Assembly: GCA_964236955.1 (NCBI GenBank)
Contig: CAXSGP010000024.1
Location: 13,885 to 51,323 of the forward strand
Length of the DNA: 37,439 nt
Direction: 5' to 3'
Source of the DNA: an uncultured Oligoflexus sp.
Lineage (GTDB): Bacteria > Bdellovibrionota_B > Oligoflexia > Oligoflexales > Oligoflexaceae
Part shown: positions 19,601 to 28,171 of the stretch, piece after piece
Layout: every line of letters starts with the position of its first letter
Position numbering within the stretch: position 1 is the stretch's first letter
Position numbers and translations under genes: made by a program
Notes under the pieces: model-generated
Told to the model about the DNA's origin: nothing
Databases searched by the model: none
What the model saw: the letters and a program-made list of their open reading frames with translations, nothing else

Positions 19601-19716
19601 AGCTCCCTGCCTCACTAAAGCTATCGGTAGGGCCGGTTCAATTCCGAAGTTTTCCGGCCAAAAATTTCTTATCCATATAAAATTATTGCTTAATTGCCAA
19701 AATGAGAGAAGTCGCC

Positions 19717-19744
19717 TCAAGTCTTGGGAAGATTTTGCCGATCT
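19717..19744 (+). promoter_or_regulatory. Candidate sigma28-type promoter
   Basis: TCAAG-N15-GCCGATCT, 35 nt upstream of the TTG at 19779. Confidence 0.45.
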
Positions 19745-19778
19745 TCGGATAGATGTCCCCTTATTAGGTAGAACCGCA

Positions 19779-20528
19779 TTGAGCATATTTGGCAAAAAGA
19801 CGAGTGGTTTCGGAGTTGGTGAGGGATCAGATCCTCAGCGGCCGAGAAAAGATTTGTCCGAAACCCAAGCGCTCCAAACCCCGGAGAAGCTGAAGATGCC
19901 ACCCGTAAATCCACAGCCACCTATGGTGCAAAAGGCTGTTCCTCCACAGATCAACGACGTCTCTTCGACCTTTAATTCGACAACGCTTGTAAAACCCGTT
20001 CCGCAGAAGGAAGCCACTGAGGTGAATAAGTCGTCCCCGTATTCTATTGAAGATGTGATCCGTCTTATGCGTGAGTTGCCAGATAGCAAGAAGGAGATGG
20101 TGGTTATCATCGTCCAGAAAACCCTTCTTTCCGCCAAGATCGACATCCATTCCATTCTTGAGGATGCCGGCAGGAAGGTCGATAAACTGCAGCGGCAAAA
20201 CGATAAGATGGTGAGCGAAATTCGAGATCTCGAAGAAGCCATCATTCAGAAAAAAGGCGAGGTCGACAAACTTGCCCGCGATATCGAGGAAACCAATGGG
20301 GTTAAACAGGTTTTTGAAGTCGTCTATGGTCGCCACGTGAAATCGGAAATGGAGGGCGGCGGAGGGAATGCTGGGAGCAGCAGCAGTTTCCCCATGTCCA
20401 ATAGCAGTATGAGCAGCAACATTGGTTCGGTCAACTCAAGCATGACCAGTCCACCCGTGTCCTCGGCCCTGCCTCCGGAGAAAGACAAATCCATTCCACC
20501 CGCGACACCGAGCATCAAAATCTTTTGA
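19779..20528 (+). CDS. Hypothetical protein: Pro-rich N-terminus, helical core plus coiled coil, Ser/Pro-rich tail
   Basis: The likely start is TTG 19779 (MSIFGKK) after AGGTAG, which avoids overlap with the kinase. Heptad pattern 'LQRQNDKMVSEIRDLEEAI'. Confidence 0.7.
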   Translation: MSIFGKKTSGFGVGEGSDPQRPRKDLSETQALQTPEKLKMPPVNPQPPMVQKAVPPQINDVSSTFNSTTLVKPVPQKEATEVNKSSPYSIEDVIRLMRELPDSKKEMVVIIVQKTLLSAKIDIHSILEDAGRKVDKLQRQNDKMVSEIRDLEEAIIQKKGEVDKLARDIEETNGVKQVFEVVYGRHVKSEMEGGGGNAGSSSSFPMSNSSMSSNIGSVNSSMTSPPVSSALPPEKDKSIPPATPSIKIF

Positions 20529-20594
20529 GTCCATCGATGCCCGAGCAAGACCCACCCGCTGCCCCTGGCCGATGGGCTTTTCTTGGTCCCCGCG

Positions 20595-21776
20595 TTACGG
20601 GTTGGGTAAGACACCGCTTGGACTTGCTACCTCGCCGGGGACTTCACGCTGACGACTGCTCGTATACAGCCAATCCATAGATGGCGTGTGCTGAACGAGA
20701 AGATTCTCGTCTCCTATCGCCTCGATAGCGCCCAAAAAATCACCAAGACTTTTAGCCCTGAGAAGAGTCGGTTCAAAGAAGGCGACGGGCAAGGAACTCC
20801 TGAGGGAATTCCAGATCATTTTGGTGCGGCCAAAAGCAAATCGCTCGACCGTCATCCGGGTAACATCCCCAGCACCCAGTGCTTCCCAAAGGTCTTCCCA
20901 GGCACTGGCGCTGGTTCCGCACGAATTTTTAAAGAGACCATTGGCGACGAGTGCCTCCAGCCGTTCGCGATTTTGATAAGAGAGGTCCATGATGCGCCCG
21001 AAACAACCCAGCGCGATTATCAAGGTCCGGCGTGTGATCAGGACAGGCGAGCCACGGCGCAATTCTTCAAAAAGCCAGGGATTTCTTAAAGCCCCTCGGC
21101 CAACGATAACGCTCTCGATTTTGGGAAAACGCGCCTTTTTTTTCTGCCAGCTCGCTGCCGAGACGATATCGCCGGATGCGACGACTGGAAAAGGCAGGAT
21201 AACACGGGCCTGTTCGATCAGATCCCAACGTGCTTCGCCATCATAGCGATCCCGTCTGGTTCGGCCATGAACGGTGAGTTGGCGAAGGGGTAGACCTTTT
21301 ATGCCTTCGATCTGCTTTTCGAAGAGACTGCAATCATCGAAACCCGTGCGCATTTTCACGCTATAGCTGGCCGGTGGCAGGGCCTCGGCAATCGCTTCCA
21401 TAAACCTGAGAAAACTGTCGCGGGTTTTTAACAGGCTACTCCCTGCGCCGCCGCTCACGGGATTGGGTGAGGGACAGCCGCAGTTAAGATCGACAAATTC
21501 CGCGCCGGCATCGAGGAATAAGCGCGCCGTAGCCACAAAATCTAGGGACCTTGACGCCATGACCTGCGGGATGAGTTGATAGGGCATGGGTAAACGGTCA
21601 AGTTCCGGAGCGAAGTCGCTTGGTAAAATTTTAGGATAGCTGTCGGTAGCCCTTAAAAAGGGAGTTCCCATCCGTGCCGGTGCGCTGGTTTGAGAAAACC
21701 ACAGACGGAAGGGCCAGTCACTGACCCCTTCCATGGGAGCGAGTCCAAATACAGTATTCACGCGTCTTACCTTCAA
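20595..21776 (-). CDS. tRNA-dihydrouridine synthase family protein
   Basis: 'LAPMEGVSD', 'VDLNCGCP', 'GAGSSLL', 'SVKMRTG', 'TVHGRT', 'SGDI', 'VGRGALRNPWLF'. Exact start uncertain. Confidence 0.92.
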   Translation of the reverse strand: MKVRRVNTVFGLAPMEGVSDWPFRLWFSQTSAPARMGTPFLRATDSYPKILPSDFAPELDRLPMPYQLIPQVMASRSLDFVATARLFLDAGAEFVDLNCGCPSPNPVSGGAGSSLLKTRDSFLRFMEAIAEALPPASYSVKMRTGFDDCSLFEKQIEGIKGLPLRQLTVHGRTRRDRYDGEARWDLIEQARVILPFPVVASGDIVSAASWQKKKARFPKIESVIVGRGALRNPWLFEELRRGSPVLITRRTLIIALGCFGRIMDLSYQNRERLEALVANGLFKNSCGTSASAWEDLWEALGAGDVTRMTVERFAFGRTKMIWNSLRSSLPVAFFEPTLLRAKSLGDFLGAIEAIGDENLLVQHTPSMDWLYTSSRQREVPGEVASPSGVLPNP

Positions 21777-22054
21777 GCGCCATCGTCATCAAAGAGGCCC
21801 ACGCTAGCACATCATGCCCGCGACTGCCTTGGCAAAGAAGCAGAGGCTTAAAAGTAAAAGCTAGTGTTTTTTGAAAATTCCGTCACAATGGCTAGACAAT
21901 GGGTGCGAAGCGACGCATTTAATCGGTTTTAATAAAAAATCCTGGTAAAAAAGTCTTGACAGTGCGAAGCGTAAGCTTTCTTTATAAAAGAGCAAGACTC
22001 TTTTGCATGCAAGTCAAATCGACTCTAACCTTCGAATCCTGAATGAGGACTTGG

Positions 22055-24742
22055 ATGGCCGGTAAAGGTTTAATTATCACTGAAAAGCCAAGTGTAGCCA
22101 AAGATGTGACGGCAGCGCTGGGTGGATTTGAAGAGAAATCCAAAGGTGAATACTACGAAAGCGACGACTATATATGTACCTATGCGGTCGGTCACATCCT
22201 CACTCTGCTCGAGCCTGAAGATATCAGCACCGCCTACAAACGCTGGCGCCTGGCCGATCTGCCGATTCTCCCTGAAGAATTTAAGACCAAGCCCGTCCCG
22301 AAGCAGAAAAACCGCCTGGGCGTGATTAAAAAGCTGATCGAACGCAAAGACGTGGCCTACTTCATCAATGCCTGCGATGCGGCGCGTGAAGGGGAACTGA
22401 TTTTTCGTGAGATCGTGAAATTTGTCGGCTTGGAGAAGCCTGTGAAACGGCTTTGGCTCCAGTCCATGACCAAAAAAGCGATTCAGGAAGGCTTTGAAAA
22501 CCTGCAGAATGGCGAAAAATACGAAGGTCTCGCCGCAGCGGCGGAATGTCGAGCCAATGCCGATTGGCTTATCGGAATGAATGCGACGCGGGCCTTAACA
22601 GTACGATTGAAATCAAAAAACCAACGCGGTGTGTCATGGTCGGCAGGCCGTGTGCAGACACCGACCCTGAGCCTTCTCGTCGAACGCGAGATGGAGGTTC
22701 TTGAGCATTTGCCTCAGTCCTATTGGACGGTCCAAGGCAACTTTGAGGTCAATGACCAGATCTATGATGGCACCTGGTACGATCCCAATTTTGATAAAAA
22801 GAACGCTACGCGTGAGTTTAAGGAAGATCGAATCTTCGATAAAGCCAAAGCTGAGCTTATCGTTGAAACGGTGCGGGGCAAGCCGGCGCTGGCTTCCGAA
22901 GTGCGAAAACCATCGCAGCGTCAACCACCGTTGCTCTTTGATCTGACGTCCTTGCAACGGACCGCCAACACTCGTTTTGGTTGGTCAGCGACCCGCACCC
23001 TGCGCGCCGCCCAGCGTTGCTACGAAACGCATAAGGTGCTGACCTACCCGCGAACAAGTTCCAAGGTTTTGCCCGAGGATTACCGCCCTGAAGTCGAGCG
23101 TGTTCTCGGATCTTTTGCTGGGGTTAGCGACTTTGCCCCGCATGCCAAGCACCTGCGGGATACCGGCTTATTAAATCAGGATAAGATCTTTAATAACGAA
23201 GGCGTCACCGATCACTTTGCCATCATTCCCACCGGAGAAATCCGGGTCATGGAAGGTGATGATCAAAAGCTTTTTGATCTTGTTGCCCGGCAATTTATGG
23301 CCGCCTTTTACCCGCCGTCCATCTATGAAGAAGTGGAGCGTATCACGGTCGTTGCAGGCAATCTCTTCCGCAGCCGCCCGCCCCGCGTCTTGAAGCAGGC
23401 GGGTTGGGAAGCGGTTTTTGGCAAGATTCCCGACAACGGTGACAAGGCCTTTGCAGCCTTGGTCGTGGGCAAGGACAGGGCCGAAGGGGTCACGGTCAAC
23501 AGTCATGAAGCCGTTGCCGAAGAGCATGAAACCAAGCCACCGGCACGAATCTCGGAAGCCGGTCTGCTTTCGCTCATGGAGAACGCCGGGCGGCAGATCG
23601 AAAATGAAGAGATCTCGCAAGCTCTGCGGGGTGCCGACGGGCTCGGCACGGCAGCGACCCGTGCCGATATCATTGAAAACTTAAAGAACCGGGAATACGT
23701 CGATGAAAACCTAAGGCCCACTCCCAAAGGTATAAGGCTTATCGATATCCTCCATCGGGTGAAGGCAAGTCGTCTGACTTCGGCAGAGCTGACGGGCCAG
23801 CTTGAACTCTTTCTCAATGAAGTGGAAGCCGGTCAGCGGACGGCATCTGAGTTTATGATAGAAATCGGTAGCTATGCCAAAGATGTAGTCGATCGAACCC
23901 GAGATTTTGATTTCGAGGATATCTATCCCGAGATCCATGCTCTCGGTCCTTGCCCAAACTGTGGTCGCCCGGTATTTGAAAGAGCCTGGTTTTATGGCTG
24001 TAGCGAAAGCACCAAACGGGCCGACAAAAAAGCCTGTGACTTTTTGGTCTGGAAAGACTTTAATGGGCGCTATATCAATCCCAATGTCGTTCGTATCCTT
24101 ATCGAGAAGAAAACGACCGCGGAACTCGATGGCTTTAAAAACGCCAATGGCAAGTCCTATCGGGCTACCCTCGCCCTTGAAAATGGCAAGCTGGTCCGTC
24201 AGGTTTCCGAAAACAGCGAGGACTTGTCAGCCGATTCCAATCTTGAAGTCAGTGATGAGCCCGTGGGACCATGCCCTATGAATTGTGAGCCTGAATGTAA
24301 AATCATGGAAACGGCAAACGACTTTGCCTGTTCGACTAAGATTAAATCGCGTGAGGCGGGCGAGAAAAGGGGTGCTGGCTTTAGTTTTCCCCGCATGCTT
24401 TGCAAGCGGGAACTCAAACGTAGCGATCTCCTCAGTTTCCTTGAACTCAAAGAAACCCCGATCATCTATGATTTCATTTCGAAAAAAGGCCGCAAATTCA
24501 GCGCTAAACTCGTGATGGAAAATGAATGGAACGGCTTTCGTTTTGAGTTCCCGCCGCGTGCCAAAAAAGGGGCGGTTACGGAAACCGATGCTGCCGCTTT
24601 AGATGCTGCCGGAGCCGAAAAACTTGCAGGGGAAGCGGACGCAATGATTTCGGTAACTGCCACTGCCGCGATCGAAGGTATCGCTTCGGAAGAAAAAGCC
24701 AAACCAAAGCGTAAGTCGAAGGCCAGTGCAGCCAGAGTTTAA
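22055..24742 (+). CDS. topB: Type IA DNA topoisomerase (topoisomerase III-like)
   Basis: 'IITEKPSVA', 'NACDAAREGELIF', 'GRVQTPTL', catalytic 'LTYPRT', 'GLGTAATRADIIE', C-terminal Zn-ribbon/repeat modules. ATG 22055 has a GAGGA RBS. Confidence 0.9.
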   Translation: MAGKGLIITEKPSVAKDVTAALGGFEEKSKGEYYESDDYICTYAVGHILTLLEPEDISTAYKRWRLADLPILPEEFKTKPVPKQKNRLGVIKKLIERKDVAYFINACDAAREGELIFREIVKFVGLEKPVKRLWLQSMTKKAIQEGFENLQNGEKYEGLAAAAECRANADWLIGMNATRALTVRLKSKNQRGVSWSAGRVQTPTLSLLVEREMEVLEHLPQSYWTVQGNFEVNDQIYDGTWYDPNFDKKNATREFKEDRIFDKAKAELIVETVRGKPALASEVRKPSQRQPPLLFDLTSLQRTANTRFGWSATRTLRAAQRCYETHKVLTYPRTSSKVLPEDYRPEVERVLGSFAGVSDFAPHAKHLRDTGLLNQDKIFNNEGVTDHFAIIPTGEIRVMEGDDQKLFDLVARQFMAAFYPPSIYEEVERITVVAGNLFRSRPPRVLKQAGWEAVFGKIPDNGDKAFAALVVGKDRAEGVTVNSHEAVAEEHETKPPARISEAGLLSLMENAGRQIENEEISQALRGADGLGTAATRADIIENLKNREYVDENLRPTPKGIRLIDILHRVKASRLTSAELTGQLELFLNEVEAGQRTASEFMIEIGSYAKDVVDRTRDFDFEDIYPEIHALGPCPNCGRPVFERAWFYGCSESTKRADKKACDFLVWKDFNGRYINPNVVRILIEKKTTAELDGFKNANGKSYRATLALENGKLVRQVSENSEDLSADSNLEVSDEPVGPCPMNCEPECKIMETANDFACSTKIKSREAGEKRGAGFSFPRMLCKRELKRSDLLSFLELKETPIIYDFISKKGRKFSAKLVMENEWNGFRFEFPPRAKKGAVTETDAAALDAAGAEKLAGEADAMISVTATAAIEGIASEEKAKPKRKSKASAARV

Positions 24743-24771
24743 AGAAAATTCCTTACGTCAGCTGTAAAAGG

Positions 24772-24797
24772 GCCCCGTGATGACACGGGGTTTTTTA
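24772..24797 (+). terminator. Intrinsic terminator after topB
   Basis: CCCCGTG-atga-CACGGGG followed by a T run. Confidence 0.9.
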
Positions 24798-25131
24798 ATC
24801 GATAATGACCAAAGCCAGAGAATTCTCCCCTACCTTAAACAAATTGTTAACATATGCGAAGAAAGTCTCATGATATGCAGCAATAGCATGGTTTAACCTC
24901 TTGTTATCACTGAATAAAAAACTATGTTTAATTGGCGTAAGATAAATTACGTACATAAAAATCTTCCGTTTTTATCAGGTTGGCGAGAAAGGCCTATCAG
25001 CTTGCGCCCTTCAAGGGAATCTTCCTGAGAATTCAAAGTTAAGGTCATAGGTTTTGATGCAGAATATTGCTAATAGATGTCTATGTGGCATGGATTAGTT
25101 GATTGTAACACTGCACATTGTGAGTACAGCT

Positions 25132-25773
25132 ATGAAGAAGATCTCACTTCTCGTCATTAATGATCATCCAATAGTCCGCGAAGGACTCACTCAGGTTCTC
25201 GATCGCTTTGAAGACCTTCATGTCCTTTCAAGTGGTCCGTCCTCCTACCAAGTAAAGGAACTGGTTCAGCGACTTCAGCCCGACGTCCTTTTGATGGACA
25301 TTCAATCGATGGCCTCCATTTACCAGATGGCATCCGAAACCCAGACCATCAAACCTGACCTGCATATCGTGCTCACCAGCTCCCTGCCTCTTCCCGAGTA
25401 TCAACGCATAGCCGAACGCATTGGGGCCAAAGGCCTCATGTCGGCCTTTGACGATCCCGAAGAGATAGTCGCCGGTCTTAAGAGCGTGAGCGAAGGTGGG
25501 TTATTCTTTCAAAACAACGGCATGATCCGCAGCCTCGTTCAGAAGCATCGTGACAGCATCAATGGCCGTCTGGAACATCCGCTCAGCCCCCGTGAAGTCG
25601 ATGTCCTTTGCTGTGTGGCCCAGGCCATGACTGCGAAAGAAATTGCTCTTGATCTTCAAATCAGCGTGAAGACTGTCGACCGACACAAAGCGAATATAAT
25701 GAACAAACTCAACATGCGTTCGCAGATCGAACTTGCCCGCTATGCAATCCGTAATGGTTTTGTTGAAGTTTGA
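25132..25773 (+). CDS. NarL/LuxR-family response regulator (atypical receiver)
   Basis: REC 'VINDHPIVREGL...PDVLLMD'; LuxR HTH 'LSPREVDVL...KEIALDLQISVKTVDRHKANIMNKL...ELARYAIRNG'. Start placed at ATG 25132. Confidence 0.92.
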   Translation: MKKISLLVINDHPIVREGLTQVLDRFEDLHVLSSGPSSYQVKELVQRLQPDVLLMDIQSMASIYQMASETQTIKPDLHIVLTSSLPLPEYQRIAERIGAKGLMSAFDDPEEIVAGLKSVSEGGLFFQNNGMIRSLVQKHRDSINGRLEHPLSPREVDVLCCVAQAMTAKEIALDLQISVKTVDRHKANIMNKLNMRSQIELARYAIRNGFVEV

Positions 25774-25812
25774 GAGTGTAGGTGTAAGCCTTGGGGTTTA
25801 TCAAAGAGCCTA

Positions 25813-25855
25813 AAAAATAAAAGCATATCTGATAAACAGATATGCTTTTATTTTT
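25813..25855. terminator. Bidirectional terminator between convergent genes
   Basis: Perfect 19-bp inverted repeat AAAAATAAAAGCATATCTG-ataaa-CAGATATGCTTTTATTTTT. Confidence 0.8.
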
Positions 25856-25892
25856 GGGCGATACTTTTGATTTAAATAACTTTAAATCCCAC

Positions 25893-26159
25893 TCAGTCTT
25901 CGAACTCTCTGCCACGGTTTGTATTCTTAAGATCAGCCATCAGCTGGTTGATCTTTTCAAGGCTGGAGCGGATGCGTTGCATACGATCACCGAAATCCGT
26001 GGTTTCCTGCGCCTTTAAGTGAGGACTTCCCTTTACTTTGCCATCGATATGGCTAACATGAAGGGGAGTGCGCCCTCTAGCAATTTGAGATTCAAGTTCG
26101 CGGGTACGTTTAAAATTCTTCAGATCAACGACATTGGACAAAGTATCATTCAATTTCAT
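25893..26159 (-). CDS. Small hypothetical protein (88 aa) with C-terminal coiled coil
   Basis: ATG 26159 is preceded by GAGG. Amphipathic helix 'FGDRMQRIRSSLEKINQLMADLK'. Followed by a terminator. Confidence 0.7.
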   Translation of the reverse strand: MKLNDTLSNVVDLKNFKRTRELESQIARGRTPLHVSHIDGKVKGSPHLKAQETTDFGDRMQRIRSSLEKINQLMADLKNTNRGREFED

Positions 26160-26286
26160 AACAACAACCTCAAGAGCAACAGTGGACAACAGCTAGGAAC
26201 AACAGCGACAGCAGGGAAGAGGTCTCAAAGCACGAAAACGGTATAGATACAGTCGACGAATCAACCTCGACTGTTAATCTCGGGGC

Positions 26287-26502
26287 TTAGTGTTTCAGAC
26301 GATAGGAGCGAATCACGCCTTTGTTGGCTTTTTCGCGATCCGTGAGCTGACGGTTGCCATTCTCGGAATTGCGTTTCATGATCGATCCCCAGTCGAAGTC
26401 CGCCGCAGCGGGAGCAGCGGTTTGTTCGGTTTTTTCAGAACTTTGAGTCGAGCGATCCTTTATCGATATGACTTTAGTATCGCGCTCATTTCTAGTTTCC
26501 AT
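26287..26502 (-). CDS. Small hypothetical protein (71 aa)
   Basis: ATG 26502 has a strong GGAGG RBS and lies directly downstream of a sigma54 promoter. Basic C-terminus 'REKANKGVIRSYRLKH'. Confidence 0.75.
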   Translation of the reverse strand: METRNERDTKVISIKDRSTQSSEKTEQTAAPAAADFDWGSIMKRNSENGNRQLTDREKANKGVIRSYRLKH

Positions 26503-26571
26503 TTTCAACCTCCAGGCAACATCAATTAATTATTCAGTGACAGATTGGAATCTAAGTCCTGCCTTATCTAA

Positions 26572-26587
26572 AGCAATCCCCGTGCCA
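26572..26587 (-). promoter_or_regulatory. sigma54 (RpoN) -24/-12 promoter
   Basis: Minus strand TGGCACGGGGATTGCT, a perfect match to TGGCAC-N5-TTGCW, 70 nt upstream of ATG 26502. Confidence 0.85.
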
Positions 26588-26888
26588 AGTCTGAGTTAAG
26601 TGAGCTAGCTCTTTCAAAGTTGAATTTGCTAAGAATATCAACGATGGCTAATCCTGTTTTAATACGAACTCAGCTGAACGTTATGACAGCGCCGGATTTG
26701 GTGTCAAGTTTCTTTTCAATGCCTATCATCGTGCGCAACAGTGACTAAGAGGGGAGGGACGATCATTTAATTGACAGACAGCTGTAAAAATTCCAGTTAT
26801 CATCATTAGAACAATTCAAATCGGCTGTAAAGAGAAGCTCATTGCCTAGTGTGGATGGTCGGGAAACCTCTTCAAAGGGGACGCAGAT

Positions 26889-27467
26889 ATGCAAGATATT
26901 TCGAAAGAAATTCATGTCCTTATGCGGAGTAGGCAAAGTCTCGTTGAGGCCTTTTACCGAGCTTTTGATCCCAGCCGCCTCTGGGGGGAATGGGAGCAGG
27001 CTGAGCATAAGTCAGCGCGAACCCTGTCGGGAGAGGGGCGGCACTTCCGAAGCTACCGTATCCCCAAGACCAACGGTGGGCTGGATTTAGCTCTCAATGT
27101 CGCTAAACCTTGTTTTCACCAATCAGGCCCTCAGCATATCCGCAATTGGAAGCTTGCCCTTAAAGCCATCAGAAATTTGCAACACCCACTCCTGCCCCCC
27201 TTTGAGGTCTTAGAGGGAATGAATGATCTGATCTTATTTGTAATGCCTTACTGCGAGGAGGCCTTGAGCCTGACTGAGCAGAATTCGCCAAAAGTTTCGG
27301 CACAGATCCTAGGTCTGCGGGCTTTACTCTGGAATTCCGGACTGGTGATGGACGACTATTGGCAGCTTCGGACCTGCCGAGGCTATACCTTCGTAATCGA
27401 TTTTTCTGAATTGAAAGCCAACCATGCGCCCAAGGATCACGGAGCGAGTGCGCCCCGGCTTCGCTAA
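26889..27467 (+). CDS. Hypothetical protein with vestigial protein-kinase-like motifs
   Basis: 192-aa ORF with 'GEGRHF', 'LALNVAK', 'HPLLPP', 'FVMPY', 'GLVMDD', 'VIDFS' in kinase order. Confidence 0.55.
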   Translation: MQDISKEIHVLMRSRQSLVEAFYRAFDPSRLWGEWEQAEHKSARTLSGEGRHFRSYRIPKTNGGLDLALNVAKPCFHQSGPQHIRNWKLALKAIRNLQHPLLPPFEVLEGMNDLILFVMPYCEEALSLTEQNSPKVSAQILGLRALLWNSGLVMDDYWQLRTCRGYTFVIDFSELKANHAPKDHGASAPRLR

Positions 27468-27625
27468 GGGTTTGGATTTTCAGGCATAAATCTAAGCTTG
27501 GCAGAAAATTCTGGGAATGGGAACTCTGGCTGTTTGCGCCAGCGTGGAATGACGAGGGTGAGTCGACACCCCTCCCTGGGCACGAACCCAGCAACCCGCG
27601 AGATCTGGGGCTTCTCGGCTAAGAT

Positions 27626-28150
27626 TCAGCTGGAAACGACCTGCATTAAATCAGGTAGGTTTCGATAAAGGCCGTTGTAGTCGAGACCATAGCCCACGAC
27701 AAATTCCTTCGATATCTCAAAGCCCACGTAATGCAGATTCATAGGAACTTTATGCGCCTCAGGCTTTGACAAAAGACAGGCGACCTTCAAGCTGCGTGGT
27801 TTGCGCAACTCAAACAGCTGGGTTAGATAGTCGATCGTGATTCCTGAATCGATGATATCTTCGACCAGAATGATGTTGCGGCCTTCCATATCCTTGGTCA
27901 AGTCGGTTTGAATACGCACCTGACCTGTAGAATGCATGCCTTCATAGCTCGACACACCAATGAACTCAATTTCGCAATCAAGAGTGATCTCCCGGACCAA
28001 ATCGGCGAGAAATATAAACGAACCCTTAAGAACACCTACTAAAGTCATGCTATGTCCGGCATAGTCGCGATTGATCTCGGCCCCCAGAGCTTTGATACGT
28101 TCTTGCAGTTTGGCCGCTGGGATGAGAGGACGCATGACTAGATCTGGCAT
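27626..28150 (-). CDS. hpt: Hypoxanthine phosphoribosyltransferase
   Basis: 'VGVLKGSFIF', 'VSSY', PRPP motif 'ILVEDIIDSGIT', 'FVVGYGLDY', 'YRNLP'. Confidence 0.97.
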   Translation of the reverse strand: MPDLVMRPLIPAAKLQERIKALGAEINRDYAGHSMTLVGVLKGSFIFLADLVREITLDCEIEFIGVSSYEGMHSTGQVRIQTDLTKDMEGRNIILVEDIIDSGITIDYLTQLFELRKPRSLKVACLLSKPEAHKVPMNLHYVGFEISKEFVVGYGLDYNGLYRNLPDLMQVVSS

Positions 28151-28171
28151 AGCTTTGACCCCCGATTCGTT

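Noticed and set aside
19482..19795. Apparent overlap between the kinase ORF and the 348-aa ORF
   Set aside because: This is an artefact of longest-ORF calling. Better starts at 19600 (minus) and 19779 (plus) leave a normal divergent intergenic region.
25086..25101. TGGCAT as a sigma54 site upstream of the response regulator
   Set aside because: It lacks the -12 TTGC element at the required spacing.
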